Assembly: GCF_036321535.1 (NCBI RefSeq)
Contig: NC_087436.1
Span: forward strand, 66,900,001 to 66,964,000
Direction of reading: 5' to 3'
DNA from: Camelus dromedarius
Lineage: Eukaryota
Length of the DNA: 64,000 nucleotides
Under the pieces are notes generated by a model that was not told where the DNA came from, did not search any database, and was given only the letters and a program-made list of their open reading frames with translations. Position 1 is the first letter of the stretch. Each line of letters starts with the position of its first letter. Both the position numbers and the translations under genes were made by a program. Below, one piece after another: positions 1-12,594 of the stretch.

Positions 1-2399
1 CTTTAATTTTGGCACTAATTTTTGCTAAGATAGAAAAATAATTATTTCTTACTTTCAAGAGTCTAATTATTCTCTGCAAGTGTGTTTTACGCATTCTTAA
101 GAAATGTGGTTAAGCCACCTCCTCCTCTATCCTCCTTTTATTCTTAAGAGGAAGTAGAAAGCCTTCTGTTTCCCCTGTTGCTTAAAAAAATCTGTAGAAA
201 ATTCCATCTGTACAGGCATTCATTCATTAAAATCCATCTTTTAATGTTTAATTCAAGAATTCCCAAGAGGAAAAGAACTAGTTCAGGATACCCAGCGATT
301 TACATACTACATCCTTGTCAACAAATGTGCAGGGCAAGAATTACTTCCCTTTTGTTTCATGCTATTTTTTCCATCTTTGGTTGCATTCGAATTTTAATTC
401 TGTTCACATTCTGCAGTTCGTAGGAAAGTGGCCTGAAGCGGACAGCAAGAGGAGCACTAAATCGAGCACGTAAATCACTTCTTCCTCAGCTCCAGAGCCG
501 ATTTAAAGAGCATCCTGGCACTAATGCTTGGAAATAATATACTGTCGAGCCCGACACAGCAGAGGGACTCTACTTCAAATTACAGGATAGTCCAGGTGAC
601 CGTGCAATTACAATTAACCTCTTACCCACAATGTCAGTGATAAAAAGTCAAGCGAGTGATGGGTACTAAGAAAGTACTCAAGTAACAGTAAAAGCGATTC
701 CTGAAGTTTTAGTGTTTAAAAAATATTTTAAATTACAACATCTCACAACTTCAAAAGTGGTTTCCTGGTGAGTGTAATAGTTTTTTTCCCCATTAAAGCA
801 GCTATACCATATGATATAATAAAAGCAACTAGATGAATATCTGGCTCATAATAGGCGCTCACAAAATGCTTATGAAAAGAAGGAAAGACTATAGATGCAC
901 ATGTGCGGAAATTCACAGTCTTTCTAATCCTCAAGCACTGGTCCAATGTTTGAAATAGTTTTCAAAGCATACTTTTCCCGATCAGGTTTACAGGAAATAA
1001 TAACTATACTGGTATACTAACATCAATGTCAACATATTGCTTCCTTTGAAGTTCATAAATATACACATTATGTATTCAGAGCATGCATACGCTCAGATAC
1101 AGAATATCAGTTTATGTATACCCTTCAGATAGAAAGCCAGAGAACAGGAGAGAAAGATTGTGTATAAGTATACCTAGTCTTTTCACTATAGATATTAATA
1201 ATTTTCATTGTGCACATGAAACATACACACATAATGAATATATGTAAAGCTAACTGATAGATATTATGGCTTAACAGATCTCTGTTGAGGCAAGAATTTT
1301 CCAACCTTTGAATCACACAAGTGTGCTTGTCTATGTAAAACTGGAACTATGACATGGACATATATTAGCCTTACTCATTAAAATATACTAGTTCAAATTC
1401 AAGAAATTAAATTAATATAGTAATGATAATTATAATAACAATTTTCCAAGGAATTCAGTGACCCATTCTTACAAAGTTCTGGTAGGTGTTATTAATGAAC
1501 TGAAGTCTACCATGAGAAAGCAATTTTTTATATTTCAAAACTATAATCATACAAATTTAGAAGCATTGATACCCAAGGTTAACACAAATATATATAAATA
1601 AGGGAATTAAGAAAGCAATTTAAAGATCAACAATTAAAGACAATACTACGTATTCTTTATTGTGACAGGTGCCAGGTGAAAAAGAAATAGTAGAATAAAA
1701 TGATTCTGGTTTCAAATTTCTTACATTCTAGCTAGAGAAAAAAGTCCATCACAGAATTTTTAAAAGAGAATTAATACAACTAGTACAAACTGTTGCAAGG
1801 ATGAAACCCAAGAATAATTGATCCAGTTAGAGAAAATTCTGGAGCTGTTAGGATTAGAGCTATGCCTAGTAACAGAAAAAAAGCACAATGTTAAACAGGT
1901 AAAAGAAACAAACAAACAGATCAGAGATTTAGTGGTTGTTACTGTAAGGAGTTGATTCTAAATATAATGATGAAGGGCTTTGAAAACAAGACATAGTTAA
2001 AATTCAGTTGTAGGAAAATATGGAGCCATTGTGTGTGTGTAAACAGATGTGCATTTGTATTTGTGTATGTGTGTGTGTATTTCTGTAGGTGAGCAAAGGA
2101 ATGATGTGGTCAACATAGAATTAAGGATTCCTTTAATGGATGGCCAGATGCAAATCCAGCATACATTGTAAAAATTGTTGAATATATTGTAGAAATCCAG
2201 CATAAATTGAGAGACTGTATTAGGGTAATAGCTCATCTCGATGATGTGTTAAAATGGGTAGAAGGCGATTTCTAAATGACAGATACACAGTGATTTTCTT
2301 AAGTATTTGACTTTATATAAATAACTTAACCTCTAAGCTTCAGCCTCTTAAAGCATATGATTAACTGCAATGCACAATAATAGTATAGTGAAGGCAGCC

Positions 2400-2907
2400 A
2401 GCTCACTAAGCATTCCCTCCTTATATCTTAGCAACAGAATCTGTGTGTTGAGTGTGACAGTGCGCCCAGCTATAAAGCCACATGTATCAGGTCTTCTCAT
2501 AGAATCAAGGTGGAGAGAATTCAATGAGATAAAAGCAGAACTTGTGTGTTGCTGCCACGAAAGTGCTTTAAAGAGTGCTGACTTAACTAGAAGACATGCC
2601 TTCTTTCCTTTCTGCCCTTTCTTCCTCTTCCTGCCTTAAATGTAGGTCTGATGGTTGGTAATCCAGAGGGCTTGGAAGTCTAGGTCAGGAGATTCTTTAA
2701 GAATGAAAGCTATACATGCAGGATGGTTTTGCAGAATGACAAGGATCTGGGTACCCGATGATAAAGATATCACATCAGTCCTGGGCTAAGTACCCCCAGG
2801 ATTCTTTTGCATGAGAGAAAAACAATTTCACTTGCTTAGGCAATAAAATACCTTTAGGTCTTTGTACTTTCACATATATTCAGCAAAAGCTAATTCTAAT
2901 GGATACT
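2400..2907 (+). mobile_element. MaLR LTR (old MLT1-like); start approximate
   Basis: Pyrimidine tract followed by CCTGCC, GAGAGAAAAACAA...GCTTAGGC, and terminal CAAAAGCTAATTCTAATGGATAC, as in old MLT1 3' ends. Confidence 0.55.
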
Positions 2908-5419
2908 TAAGCCTGTCCTATACCACACTGCCTTAAATGAGGCTAAGTCTATAAAGAGCTCTGTATAGGGCAAATCAATTTCTGTTTCATATTTGAGGTC
3001 TGACCATAATTATCATGTCTTCAAAGAGGACTTCTTTGGTGGCTCAATGTGAAGGAATTCCTCCTGTTTTCCTTTTCCTTCATAGCACTTATCATAACTC
3101 ACAGACGCGTATGTATGGATTTACTTTTCTAGTTTTTCTTCTCATTTTACTACTTGAAACCGGAGAAAAGTAAATAAAACTTGAATAATTGACAGAAAGT
3201 AGTGGTTAATAAAGATATGCTGGATAAACAAAAGAGTAGCTCTTTAAAACAAAGCTCCTGGTTTCTCTTAAAAATCCTACATAAATTAAGTAACATTTTC
3301 TACAATGACTACATTTTTAAAAGTCGAAAAGCTTTCACTTATTTTCAATTGATTAATTAGCAATGAAGCTTAACGTGACTTTTTAAATCTCCCATGAAGT
3401 GATGAAAGCTCCTCAAAGACACTTAAACTATCATCATTCTCTATTGAAAGAACCTTATTTAAATATTTTCTTAAATTAATGATATTTTAGTAATATTATC
3501 ATCTCTAATTCAGTTAGGTAAAATTCCGTTACCATCTTTTCTTAAAAGTGAAAATTTCAATATTCTAGTCCAATCCTAGGTAGCTTTACACTATTTTAAA
3601 GTTTTATGCTTTCAATGAACTCCATCATTTTGAAATTTCTTTCTCTTTTCTGTCTCCTGGATTTTGGGTTACTTCTTCAAGATTATCAATGAATTCTCCT
3701 AGTACCTCTTTTTCCTTTATACCTCCTATTTTTCTTTGAATCTGTCATTGGCCTTATTTCTTTCTCTCTTATACTCCCTACCTAGTTCATAAAACAAGTG
3801 TAACCTCTACCTACATGCTTTCCAAATTCATACTTTCAGATCTGAGCTCTTTTCCAGCTATGGGACTTCCGTAATGGACTCTTTAAGAATCACATTTATT
3901 TCCCTCACTGCCATCGTCTAAATAGCCATTTGTCAGATATAGTTCATTTTTTTCAAAATCTCAGGTGTCCTGTCCTTTTGCCTACCTCATTTTGGTCAAT
4001 ACTACAACCATGCCACCATTCCCTGAAGCTAAAAAAAAAAAAAAAAAAAGTGCATTTGGACTTTTCCTTATTTTGCTTCATACACTTAGTCAAGTTTCCC
4101 TTTAATACTTCTTGTGTTAGTAACATTGTCCTCTTCCCACTTCAATTTCAATTATTCTCATTCAGGTCCTCATTCTAAATACCAAATCAATACTGAGACA
4201 AAGGATTCTGTAAAAGTAACTAAGATCAGACAGTTCTTGAGCTCTCTATGCTTGGTAAATCTGCTGCCTGAGCCTTAACAAATGTTAGAAGTCAACTTAT
4301 TTATAATATTGCTTTTCCCATTTGAAAGAGTCTTTGCATTAGTTTTACGTACACATAGAATTTTACCATTTGTAAGACTGTTTCATTTTATCATAACTAA
4401 ATAAGCTAGGTAGGATGAATATTCTTATTCTTATTTTAATTTTTGGAAACTCTGGGTTGCCATGATTAAATGCACTGCTCCAAGCGACACACAAGAGGTA
4501 GAAGTGCATGATTTAGGACTCAGGTTTTTGTCATTTCTATACTATTGTCTGATAAGACAGCAGTATAATATCTAGTATTTATTATTATTATTATTATTAT
4601 TCGATGAGGGGTGGAGTGTTATACTTAAAACTATGAATATTAACTCTGTAACTGAACTATCTGAGAGGTTTTCCATCAAGCAACAGAGAGTTTAGCTAAG
4701 AAAGAATGAGTGCTTCTCATCTGACACTCTGCTTTACTGTGTTTTAAAGGTGTCTCCAGAAGGATCAATGATGAAATTAAGACAACTTACACAAAGTTTA
4801 TGTTAGCCACAAAGCAAATCATCCAAATTTTTAGTTATTCAGCAAAAAAAAAAAAACTTTATCGTTGAACATGTTTCTAAAATCTGTAATACACTTCAAG
4901 CTATGTCCTAAGATTAGCCATGTAGTTTTAAACAGATAATGTTTATAATTTCATTCTTATGTTCACATTATTTTATTCTAATTTCACTGCTTTCATCATC
5001 AATTAGCTACAAAAAAAAAGCTTCTTAAAAATCAAAAGACAACCTTTGAATTAGTTTTTGCAATGTGTGTAATCAACCAGTAGATCTTGTGAACTGGAAG
5101 GGGAGACCTAACTTTTGCAGGTGATTTCACATGGATACAATTTATTTAGTAATAATTGTAACTAATATTATTATTTATCTGGTGGTTAAAGGAACCTATT
5201 TAGCTATTATGATTTTATAATAAAACATTTTTAAAGCGAAATCTCTTTTGTCTTGGTGAATTTTTAAAAAGTATACTGAAGATTTGTTAAGAAACATGCT
5301 TTATAAGAACTTTTAAAAATATTAATCAGTATCATTTGTAATAGCATAAAATATCAAATCACTTCAGGGCTTCAACATACTTTATAGCTGGACAATGAAT
5401 TAATATGTGAATTATTATT

Positions 5420-5505
5420 ATTATCTTAATGGAAGTATTGTGGATTGAACCCCGGACCTCATGCATGCTAAGCATATACTCTACCACTGAGTTGTACCCT
5501 CCCCC
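5420..5505 (-). mobile_element. tRNA-Ala-derived SINE (camelid Vic-1-like), short-tailed copy
   Basis: Reverse complement reads GGGGGAGGGTACAACTCAGTGGTAGAG...CTTAGCATGCATGAGGTCCGGGGTTCAATCC. 19-bp TSD with 1 mismatch at 5401-5419 and 5506-5524. Confidence 0.9.
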
Positions 5506-7424
5506 TAATATATGAATTATTATTTGCACTTCTTGCCCCTATTGAGTAACATAGAACTTCCCATTACTTAGACAGGGTGAATGTATATCTGTCCCACAAT
5601 GTTTTGGGGCAAAAACTGCCCTCTCCTAATCTCTGTTGAAGCTAAAAGATAACAGTTTATCACTGTTATCTGACTTCTTCCAGTTCATTTAACTTTCCTG
5701 ATGTGTGACAGGCATCAAAATCTCTTGTAATTGACTCCTTACTGACTGGCAAGGAAATCGCTGCATCTGACAAGGCCTTCAAGGAAAACAAATTCCCAAT
5801 TCCATAATACAGAGACTCCATTCCTACTGAGATACTATATGAGTGAAATCCTATATATTTTCCTAAGTGTCTGAAATTAAATGTAACTTGCTCACACTCA
5901 CTGGAGAGATGAATCCAGCAGCCATCTGAGTAGTCAATTTCATTGTACTTTCTGAGACAGAAACATTACTTAAAATTTTGCAAGGTTGTTCAATTCCAGC
6001 TCCATGTTTTAACAATATTGTTGAAATAAATTAAATTTGGTTTTGAATCAAATTACAAGCAATTCCAAAAGGTACAAGCTTAATGCAACAATTTCATCCA
6101 CGTGAGATGAGACACTTGTATCTTTCAATCTGAATAAAAGGAAATCTAAAATACAAAATATTTAAATTCTTTGTTCATACAGAAGAAGTTTTGGAAGGAG
6201 AAATCTATAAAAATCTTTACATTTACATCCTAGTTTAACAGCAATACATGGTACCCAAAGGAAAATGAAAACTGAAATTAATGAAGTTTGGTTTCAACTA
6301 TTCTATACTTGATTTATCACGATATGTAAAATTGGTGCATATCTTAGAATGGTGCTTCTGTGATGACAACCCAGTTTTACATCCTTTAAATGGTAAGTGA
6401 ATTAATCATTTTCATATTTTAATTGGGTCAGACTATGACTTAAAGGGACACATTTTCCATAAAGCCCTTGGGATTCAAAAATTAGAGCATATTTCTCACA
6501 TGAGAGAGAGAGAGTGCGAAGAACTGTATTTTCCCTGTGGTGGAAATAAAGGAAGGCAGTGAACCAAAATTTATTTTCAGTTATAAGAAACTGGGATATG
6601 GACCACTTATTTTCCAATGGATTCTTTGTAACTAAACTGAGCATGTGCTTATATCTAAATTGGGACATTATCCTCTTAAATTTAAGGAATTAATGTGCAC
6701 CATGAAGTCTTGTGGTTACTACTAAGTATGTGATAAATAGGCTATATTTCGTGAAAATACACGACAGAGAAAAATCCAAGTTTTTCAGCTAGCAAAATTA
6801 AGTTGTACCTTGCTGTTGTGACATTAGCTCCCTGAATCTATACTAATGACAGCTGGAGAATGTTTACCTACCCTATAGAACACAATCTCAAATTTTAAAA
6901 ATGCCCAGAAATAAATACCTATAAAACAGGTTCAGGCTCACAGTCTTCATATGGGCTCCATTCTCCTTTTAGTTTAGAACCATTTCTTACTTGTATGTTA
7001 TGAAACATGGGCTTTTCTACTATTTGGTATACTTCAGAACTCAAAGCAATTTCAGGCTCAAATCAGCAAGAGACAAGTCTGCATCCTAATGAAAATGATG
7101 GGAATTTCTATATTGAGAGTTCTGAATTTAGTATATCGATTTCTTCCTTAATAATTTATTTTTAATTTTTCATTAAATAGTTAAATTTCTGAGAGTTTAC
7201 AGGTGGAGTTCAGGTGTTAGGAGAGGGAACAAACATGAAATACCCCAGAAGAACTGAAAATAAGTAGTCTAGCACAACTTCTGCTGCTAAATATACACAC
7301 TGGGAATGGAAGATTCAGAGATTTCAAGATAACTTTCCCCACCCACCCTTTTATACCTGCAATAATACACATTTGGAAAATAAAAATAATCCCAGTAAAA
7401 GAACCTTAAAAACAAGAGAGTCAC

Positions 7425-7787
7425 TGCAGAAACAGACAAATATTATATGATATCACTTATATACAGAATCTAAAAAATAATACAAATGAATCTATTTACT
7501 AAACAGAAACAGACTCACAGACATAGAAAATGAACTTATGGTTATCAAAAGAGAAAAGGGCAGGGATAAATTAGGAATATGGGATTAACAGATACACACC
7601 ACTATATATAAAATAGATAAGCAACAAGAATTTACTGTATAACACAGGGAACGATATTCAATATCCTATAATAACCCATAGTCAAAAATAATCTGAAAAA
7701 AATATTTATAACTGAATCACTTTGCTGTATGCCTGAAACTTGACACAATATTGTAGATCTATTATACTTCTATAAAAAAAGAAAATG
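7425..7787 (+). mobile_element. 5'-truncated L1 (ORF2 end plus 3'UTR), older subfamily
   Basis: Shares AGACTCACAGAC, TGGTT, ACTGTATA-CACAGGGAA and TTGACACAA-ATTGTA blocks with the 3'UTR of the full-length L1. A-rich end and a degenerate TSD (AAACAAGAGAGTCAC / AAACAGAGCGTCAC). Confidence 0.85.
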
Positions 7788-7869
7788 AAACAGAGCGTCA
7801 CACACAAAAAAAGCCCTGTACTCAAACACATACATTCAGCTATATTGAGATGGCTTACCGTGAACTGAC

Positions 7870-7898
7870 TATATATATATACACATGTATATATATAT

Positions 7899-7938
<40 letters not shown>
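7870..7938. repeat. Compound (TA)n/(CA)n microsatellite
   Basis: Directly visible. Confidence 0.95.
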
Positions 7939-7941
<3 letters not shown>

Positions 7942-8669
7942 TGAAAAAAATACTGTTCTCATCTTATACTTTGCTCATTTTAAGAAAATAAAATAACATC
8001 CCCCAAAGAAGAGTTTTATTTGCCAGTACGACTTGAATTACTTGTTGCTCAACTGGCCATTAAGTTTCCTCATTTCTAAATGAACAAAAATCTGTAAGGC
8101 ATGAAGTGGAGCAAAGAAGTAAATCACAAGGGAAGACTAGGGTGTATGTATCTAATGACAAGTAACTTAATTCTACTACTTCAAAAGTTTCAAAACTTCA
8201 GTCCAACCTTATAATGTTAAAAAAAGGGGGGGGGGATTTAGTAGCCCCAACTTTAGAGAAAAAATTTAGAGTGCTAATTGAGAATATCACTCTGCTTTTA
8301 GTCATTTCCATTTCAACTGTAGAAACTTAACTCATTAACAAAAGATTGATCATGTTAACAGAAAGTTTGATTACAGGTGTGTACTTAATAAGCAATCTCC
8401 CTACCTTACATTTTTTTCTTAATCCAACCCATAGTCCTGGACATGGAAATATTACTCATGACTGATTCCAACAACCTTCTGATCTGTCCCTTATCCCTTA
8501 GCCTATTACCAGAACATCTAGGAGAAGTTACTGATGTGGGGAAGCTCATCCAATGGTTAGTATGTAGAAACACTCTCTTGAATTTTAATAAAAAAAAATG
8601 AAAAAAAAAAGGTGATTCATAGTTCGATTCAAGAGCAAAGATGAACAACTGACCCATGGATATAGACTC

Positions 8670-9538
8670 TTATCCATTCATCATGGGACCGCCAGAGTTT
8701 TAGCTGGGCATACAGCTACCGAGCTAGAGACAATATTTCTCAGTATGACTACCAGGTTGATGTGATCAAATGACCATATTCAGGCAGATTAGATCTGAAA
8801 GGAAACGATTGTTATAACTTCCTAGAATCTTCACAAAGTTGAAGACATTGCTCTAGACTTCTGCTTGTTTCCTCGTCTGTGACTGAAAGGACAGTGAGGA
8901 ATGTTGCAACTACTTTACACCCAGCGATTAGCATCCTGTGTTGAGGATTGTAGAGACTTTCCTCCAGCCAGAATCCCTTTGTGATCTCATAAATTGTAGG
9001 CTGCCTCCCCACTCTGGACTGCTAACTGGGAGAGAAGCTTCTCTCTCATTTGAGCTGTTACGCATTTTTTTTTTTTTTGGTTTTAATCTTTTATTTTATT
9101 CTTTGTATATATATATATATTTTATTGAAGTACAGTCAGTTTACAATGTTGTGTCAATTTCTGGTGTACAGCATAATGCTTCAGTCATACATGAACATAC
9201 TACATATATTTGTTTTCATATTCTTTTTCACAAGTTACTGCAAGATATTGATTATACTTCCATATGCTATACAGTATGAATTTGTTGTTTCTCTATTTTA
9301 TATATAGTAGTTAGTATGTGCAAATCTCGAACACCCAATTTATCCCTTTCCACCCACTTTCCCCTGGTAACCATAAGATTGTTTTCTATGTCTGTGAGTC
9401 TGTTTCTGTTCTGTAAATAAGTTCATTTGTCTTTTTTTAAATTCCACATATAAGTGATATCACATGGTATTTTTCTTTCTCTTTTGTATTTTATGTCACT
9501 TTGTTATAAACGGTAACCTGTACCCTATGTCTAATACA
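8670..9538 (+). mobile_element. MaLR LTR (old MLT1-like), interrupted by an L1 fragment
   Basis: TTTTAGCTGGGCA...ATATTTCTCAG start and CTCTGGACT...GAGAGA body. The 3' end TTTGTTA...CTAATACA resumes after 9482. Confidence 0.6.
9064..9482 (-). mobile_element. 5'-truncated L1 3' end, inserted in an MLT1 LTR
   Basis: T-rich tail at 9064-9125, then the reverse complement of an L1 3'UTR (TTTACAATGTTGTGTCAA, TCTGTGAGTCTGTTTCTG, ATTCCACATAT, CATGGTATTTTTCTTTCT). Confidence 0.88.
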
Positions 9539-9604
9539 GAGGCTCAATGGCATTAACTTAGTATTAGGATTAAAAAGTAAATCACCTAGAGGTAGAGAGG
9601 CATT

Positions 9605-9618
9605 ATAATGTAGTGAGG
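9605..9618 (+). repeat. L1 target-site duplication, left copy
   Basis: ATAATGTAGTGAGG, identical to 16711-16724. Preceded by TT, giving TT/ATAA, close to the L1 endonuclease TT/AAAA site. Confidence 0.93.
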
Positions 9619-11290
9619 GGACAATGTGGAAGATGGCGGAGTAGAAGGAAGCTCGCAGGTCACCCTCTCCCACAAATACACCAAGACCCACATCTACTGA
9701 CCCACTCAGCCAACCAGAGCACCTGTGGAACTCCGACAAAACATCGCCCTCTTCAAAAGATAAAGACGTCAAAAATCTGGTAGGAGAAAAGGAAAAAAGA
9801 AAGAACAAAAGGCAAAGCAGCGCTGGACGGGTCCCGTGGGGAGGGAGCGGCAAAGGAGGACTGGCGCTCGCTGGCTGGGTCTCCCCTCTCCAACTGAGAG
9901 GCCAGCGGGACAGAGGGGGAGCCTCCGAGGCTCGGATCTGTACAGAGCAGCCCTTGACTAACAGAACTAAGTTAAACGGGCACAGAGCGTCCCCCCCGAC
10001 ACCCAGCCTGAGACGCGGGCTGGCAGCCGCAGGCAGGGCCAGGCTGCACAAGCCGGGCGGAGGACGGAAGTGGCTGCACGGAGGCAGCCCCGGGGGAACG
10101 CAAGGGGCTGCGCGGCGTGGCTGTGGGTGCACAGGGCAGAACGACCTGGGCACTCCATAAAACAGCAAGGTTGATGTGCTCTCAGGGGAAGGGTGCACAC
10201 CCCCATCTCTGAAAACCTGCGGAAAGTTTTCGGGGGAAGAGATGCGGGGCTCAGGCACAGTCGCCATATTCTTCGTGCTTAGCACTCAGGCGGGGGCGGG
10301 GGCGAAACCTGCATCCGCACCGAAGGGCTTAGCAGCCTCAAAGGCCAGACTGAGACTGGCCTGCAGCCCGGGGCAGATAGGATCCTTCCATCCTGGTCCC
10401 TCAGAGAACTTGCTCCACAAAGACAAACAAGGAGCTGGGTTTTGGCTCAGAGCAGGGACAGGGCTGTCCCTCGGTCTTCCTCGAGCCCACCGGCGGAGCG
10501 CCGACCAGGGCGGAGCGCGCAGCCGCACAGAGCAGCGGAGCTACCGGCAGCGCAGGTAGAGGGAGAGCGGCCCCCGCCTTTTGGGCAGGAACACAGCCTC
10601 TGACCAAGGTGCTGGGAGGGGGCACGACCGGCCCTCCTACCTGGCCAGTCTGCAACATCTGACTGTGGCATCCGGAGGGGCAGCGACCCGCCCGCCCACA
10701 GCAGAGGAGAGCTGCACCTGACCCAGTGTTAGGAGGAGGCGCGATCTGCTTGCCGACAGCTGCTGGGAGCAGCACAGAAGAGGGCGCCAACGGAGGGCCT
10801 CTGAAAACAGCAAGCTGAGCTTCCAAAACAGGACGAAGACAGAAAGACTTCACATTAAAAGCACACAGACTCCAGGAGAATGCCGACAACCCCCCCCCCC
10901 TTTTTTTTAAAACTGTTTTTACCTGTTCTATTTTCTATTACTCTCTTAATCTTTACTTCTTAATTCATTTATACTTCTCTTGGGTTTTGATGTCCTGTTA
11001 TTGATTAGACACAGGTTTCAAATGCATCTTTTCATCTTTTCCCCTTTTTTAAAAGGTTTTAAAAGGATGTCTCAACCCGACTGATATTCTGCTTCAACTC
11101 GTTCTTCTATTATTCATTATACACTGTTTTCAAACCCTCTTTCTCCCTTCTTTTAAAATTCTTTCTCTCTCTCTCTTATTTTTTTTTTCTTTTTTCCTAA
11201 GTTCTATTCCTAAATAGGCATCAGATAGATAAAATCCTTAAGGACCAAAATAAACAACTGATACTCCATAAACCACAGTGCCAAAGAGGT
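9619..11290 (+). promoter_or_regulatory. L1 5'UTR / internal promoter (CpG-rich to ~10890, then pyrimidine-rich)
   Basis: The only CpG-island-like stretch in the window. YY1 motif AAGATGGCGG at 9630-9639, at the usual position near the L1 5' end. Confidence 0.85.
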
Positions 11291-12193
11291 ATGAGCAAGA
11301 TGAAGAAGCAGAAAAACCTTTCCCAATTAAAAGAACAAGAGAAATCCCCTGAAAGAAAGATCAACGAAATAGACATCGATAGCCTACTAGATCAAGATTT
11401 CAAAAAAGGAGTGATCGAATTGCTGAAGGAATTAAAAGAGATAGTGTTTAGAGAAATAAAATATGTCAAAAATGAAATTGAAGCTATAAAGAAGAGCCAA
11501 GTAGAATGGGTAAACTCATTGACAGAGATAAGGAATGATCTAATAGCTGTGCAAAGCCGACTAGATAATGCAGAGGAATGAATTAGCGATCTAGAAGACA
11601 GGGCAATAGAAAGCACCCATTCAGAAGAACTACAAGAGAAGCAAATAAAAAATAATGAAAATAGCATAAGGGACCTATGGGATAAAATAAAGCGTCCCAA
11701 TCTTCGCATAATAGGGGTCCCAGAAGGAGAAGAAAGATCAAAGGGGATTGAAAAGGTTTTTGAAGAAATCATGACTGAAAACTTCCCAAACTTAAAGAAG
11801 GAATCAGATATCCAAGTACAGGAAGCTCAGAGGGTCCCAAACAGGAAGAACCCAAATAGACCCACACCAAGACATATCATAATCAAGATGGCCAGAGTCA
11901 AGGATAAAGAAATGATTCTAAAGGCAGCAAGAGAAAAACAAAGAGTAAGTTACAAGGGAACCCCCATAAGGCTCTCAGCTGATTTCTCTACACAAACACT
12001 ACAGGCCAGAAGGGAGTGGCAAGATCTTTTCAAAGCCCTGAATGAAAAAAGGATGCAGCCTAGGATCCTTTATCCAGCAAGGCTATCCTTGAGGATAGAA
12101 GGAGAAATAAAGAGTTTCACATACAAAAAAAAGCTGCAGGAGTTTAGCAACACTAAACCCATGCTAAAAGAAATATTGAAAGGGCTATTCTAA
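11291..12193 (+). pseudogene. L1 ORF1p (300 codons) with one in-frame stop
   Basis: ORFs 11291-11581 and 11771-12193 are in the same frame. Motifs include ENFPNL, TPRHIIIK, ILKAAREK, GTPIRLSADFS, ARREW and YPARLS. TGA at 11579-11581 replaces R of EE-R-ISDLE. Confidence 0.95.
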
Positions 12194-12594
12194 ATAGAAA
12201 AGCAGCAGGATGCTACAGAAATGAGAAACACACAACTGGAAAGGTGCTAACTCATGAATTACAAATAAAGTAAACATGAAATTATAAAAGAAGACATACA
12301 AATCACTGAGAGTGGGCGAGGGAGGCAGGGAAATATAGAATTTTTTTTTTCTTTTTTAAATTTTTTTAACAGTAGGATGGGTTTGAGATCATGTTACTAT
12401 CAGTTTAATAAAAACAGTTATAGTAATGGGTTGATAGATTTACAAAAAAGGGTAACCACAAGCCAAAAATTTACAAAGGAGTCACAAAAATTAAATAAAA
12501 TCCATGATAATAAAAAGGAAAATTACCAAACCACAAAAGGAAGAAGAAAGGAACAAAGAGGATATACCAATTCAACTGCAAAGATAAGTTCAAA

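Noticed and set aside
5902..5951. 50-nt minus-strand AG...GTGAGT unit
   Set aside because: Not frame-preserving, peptide unrecognised, and such pairs are common by chance.
9954..10889. Other overlapping GC-rich ORFs in the L1 5'UTR
   Set aside because: Expected in stop-poor GC-rich DNA; several use non-ATG starts and none has a recognisable domain.
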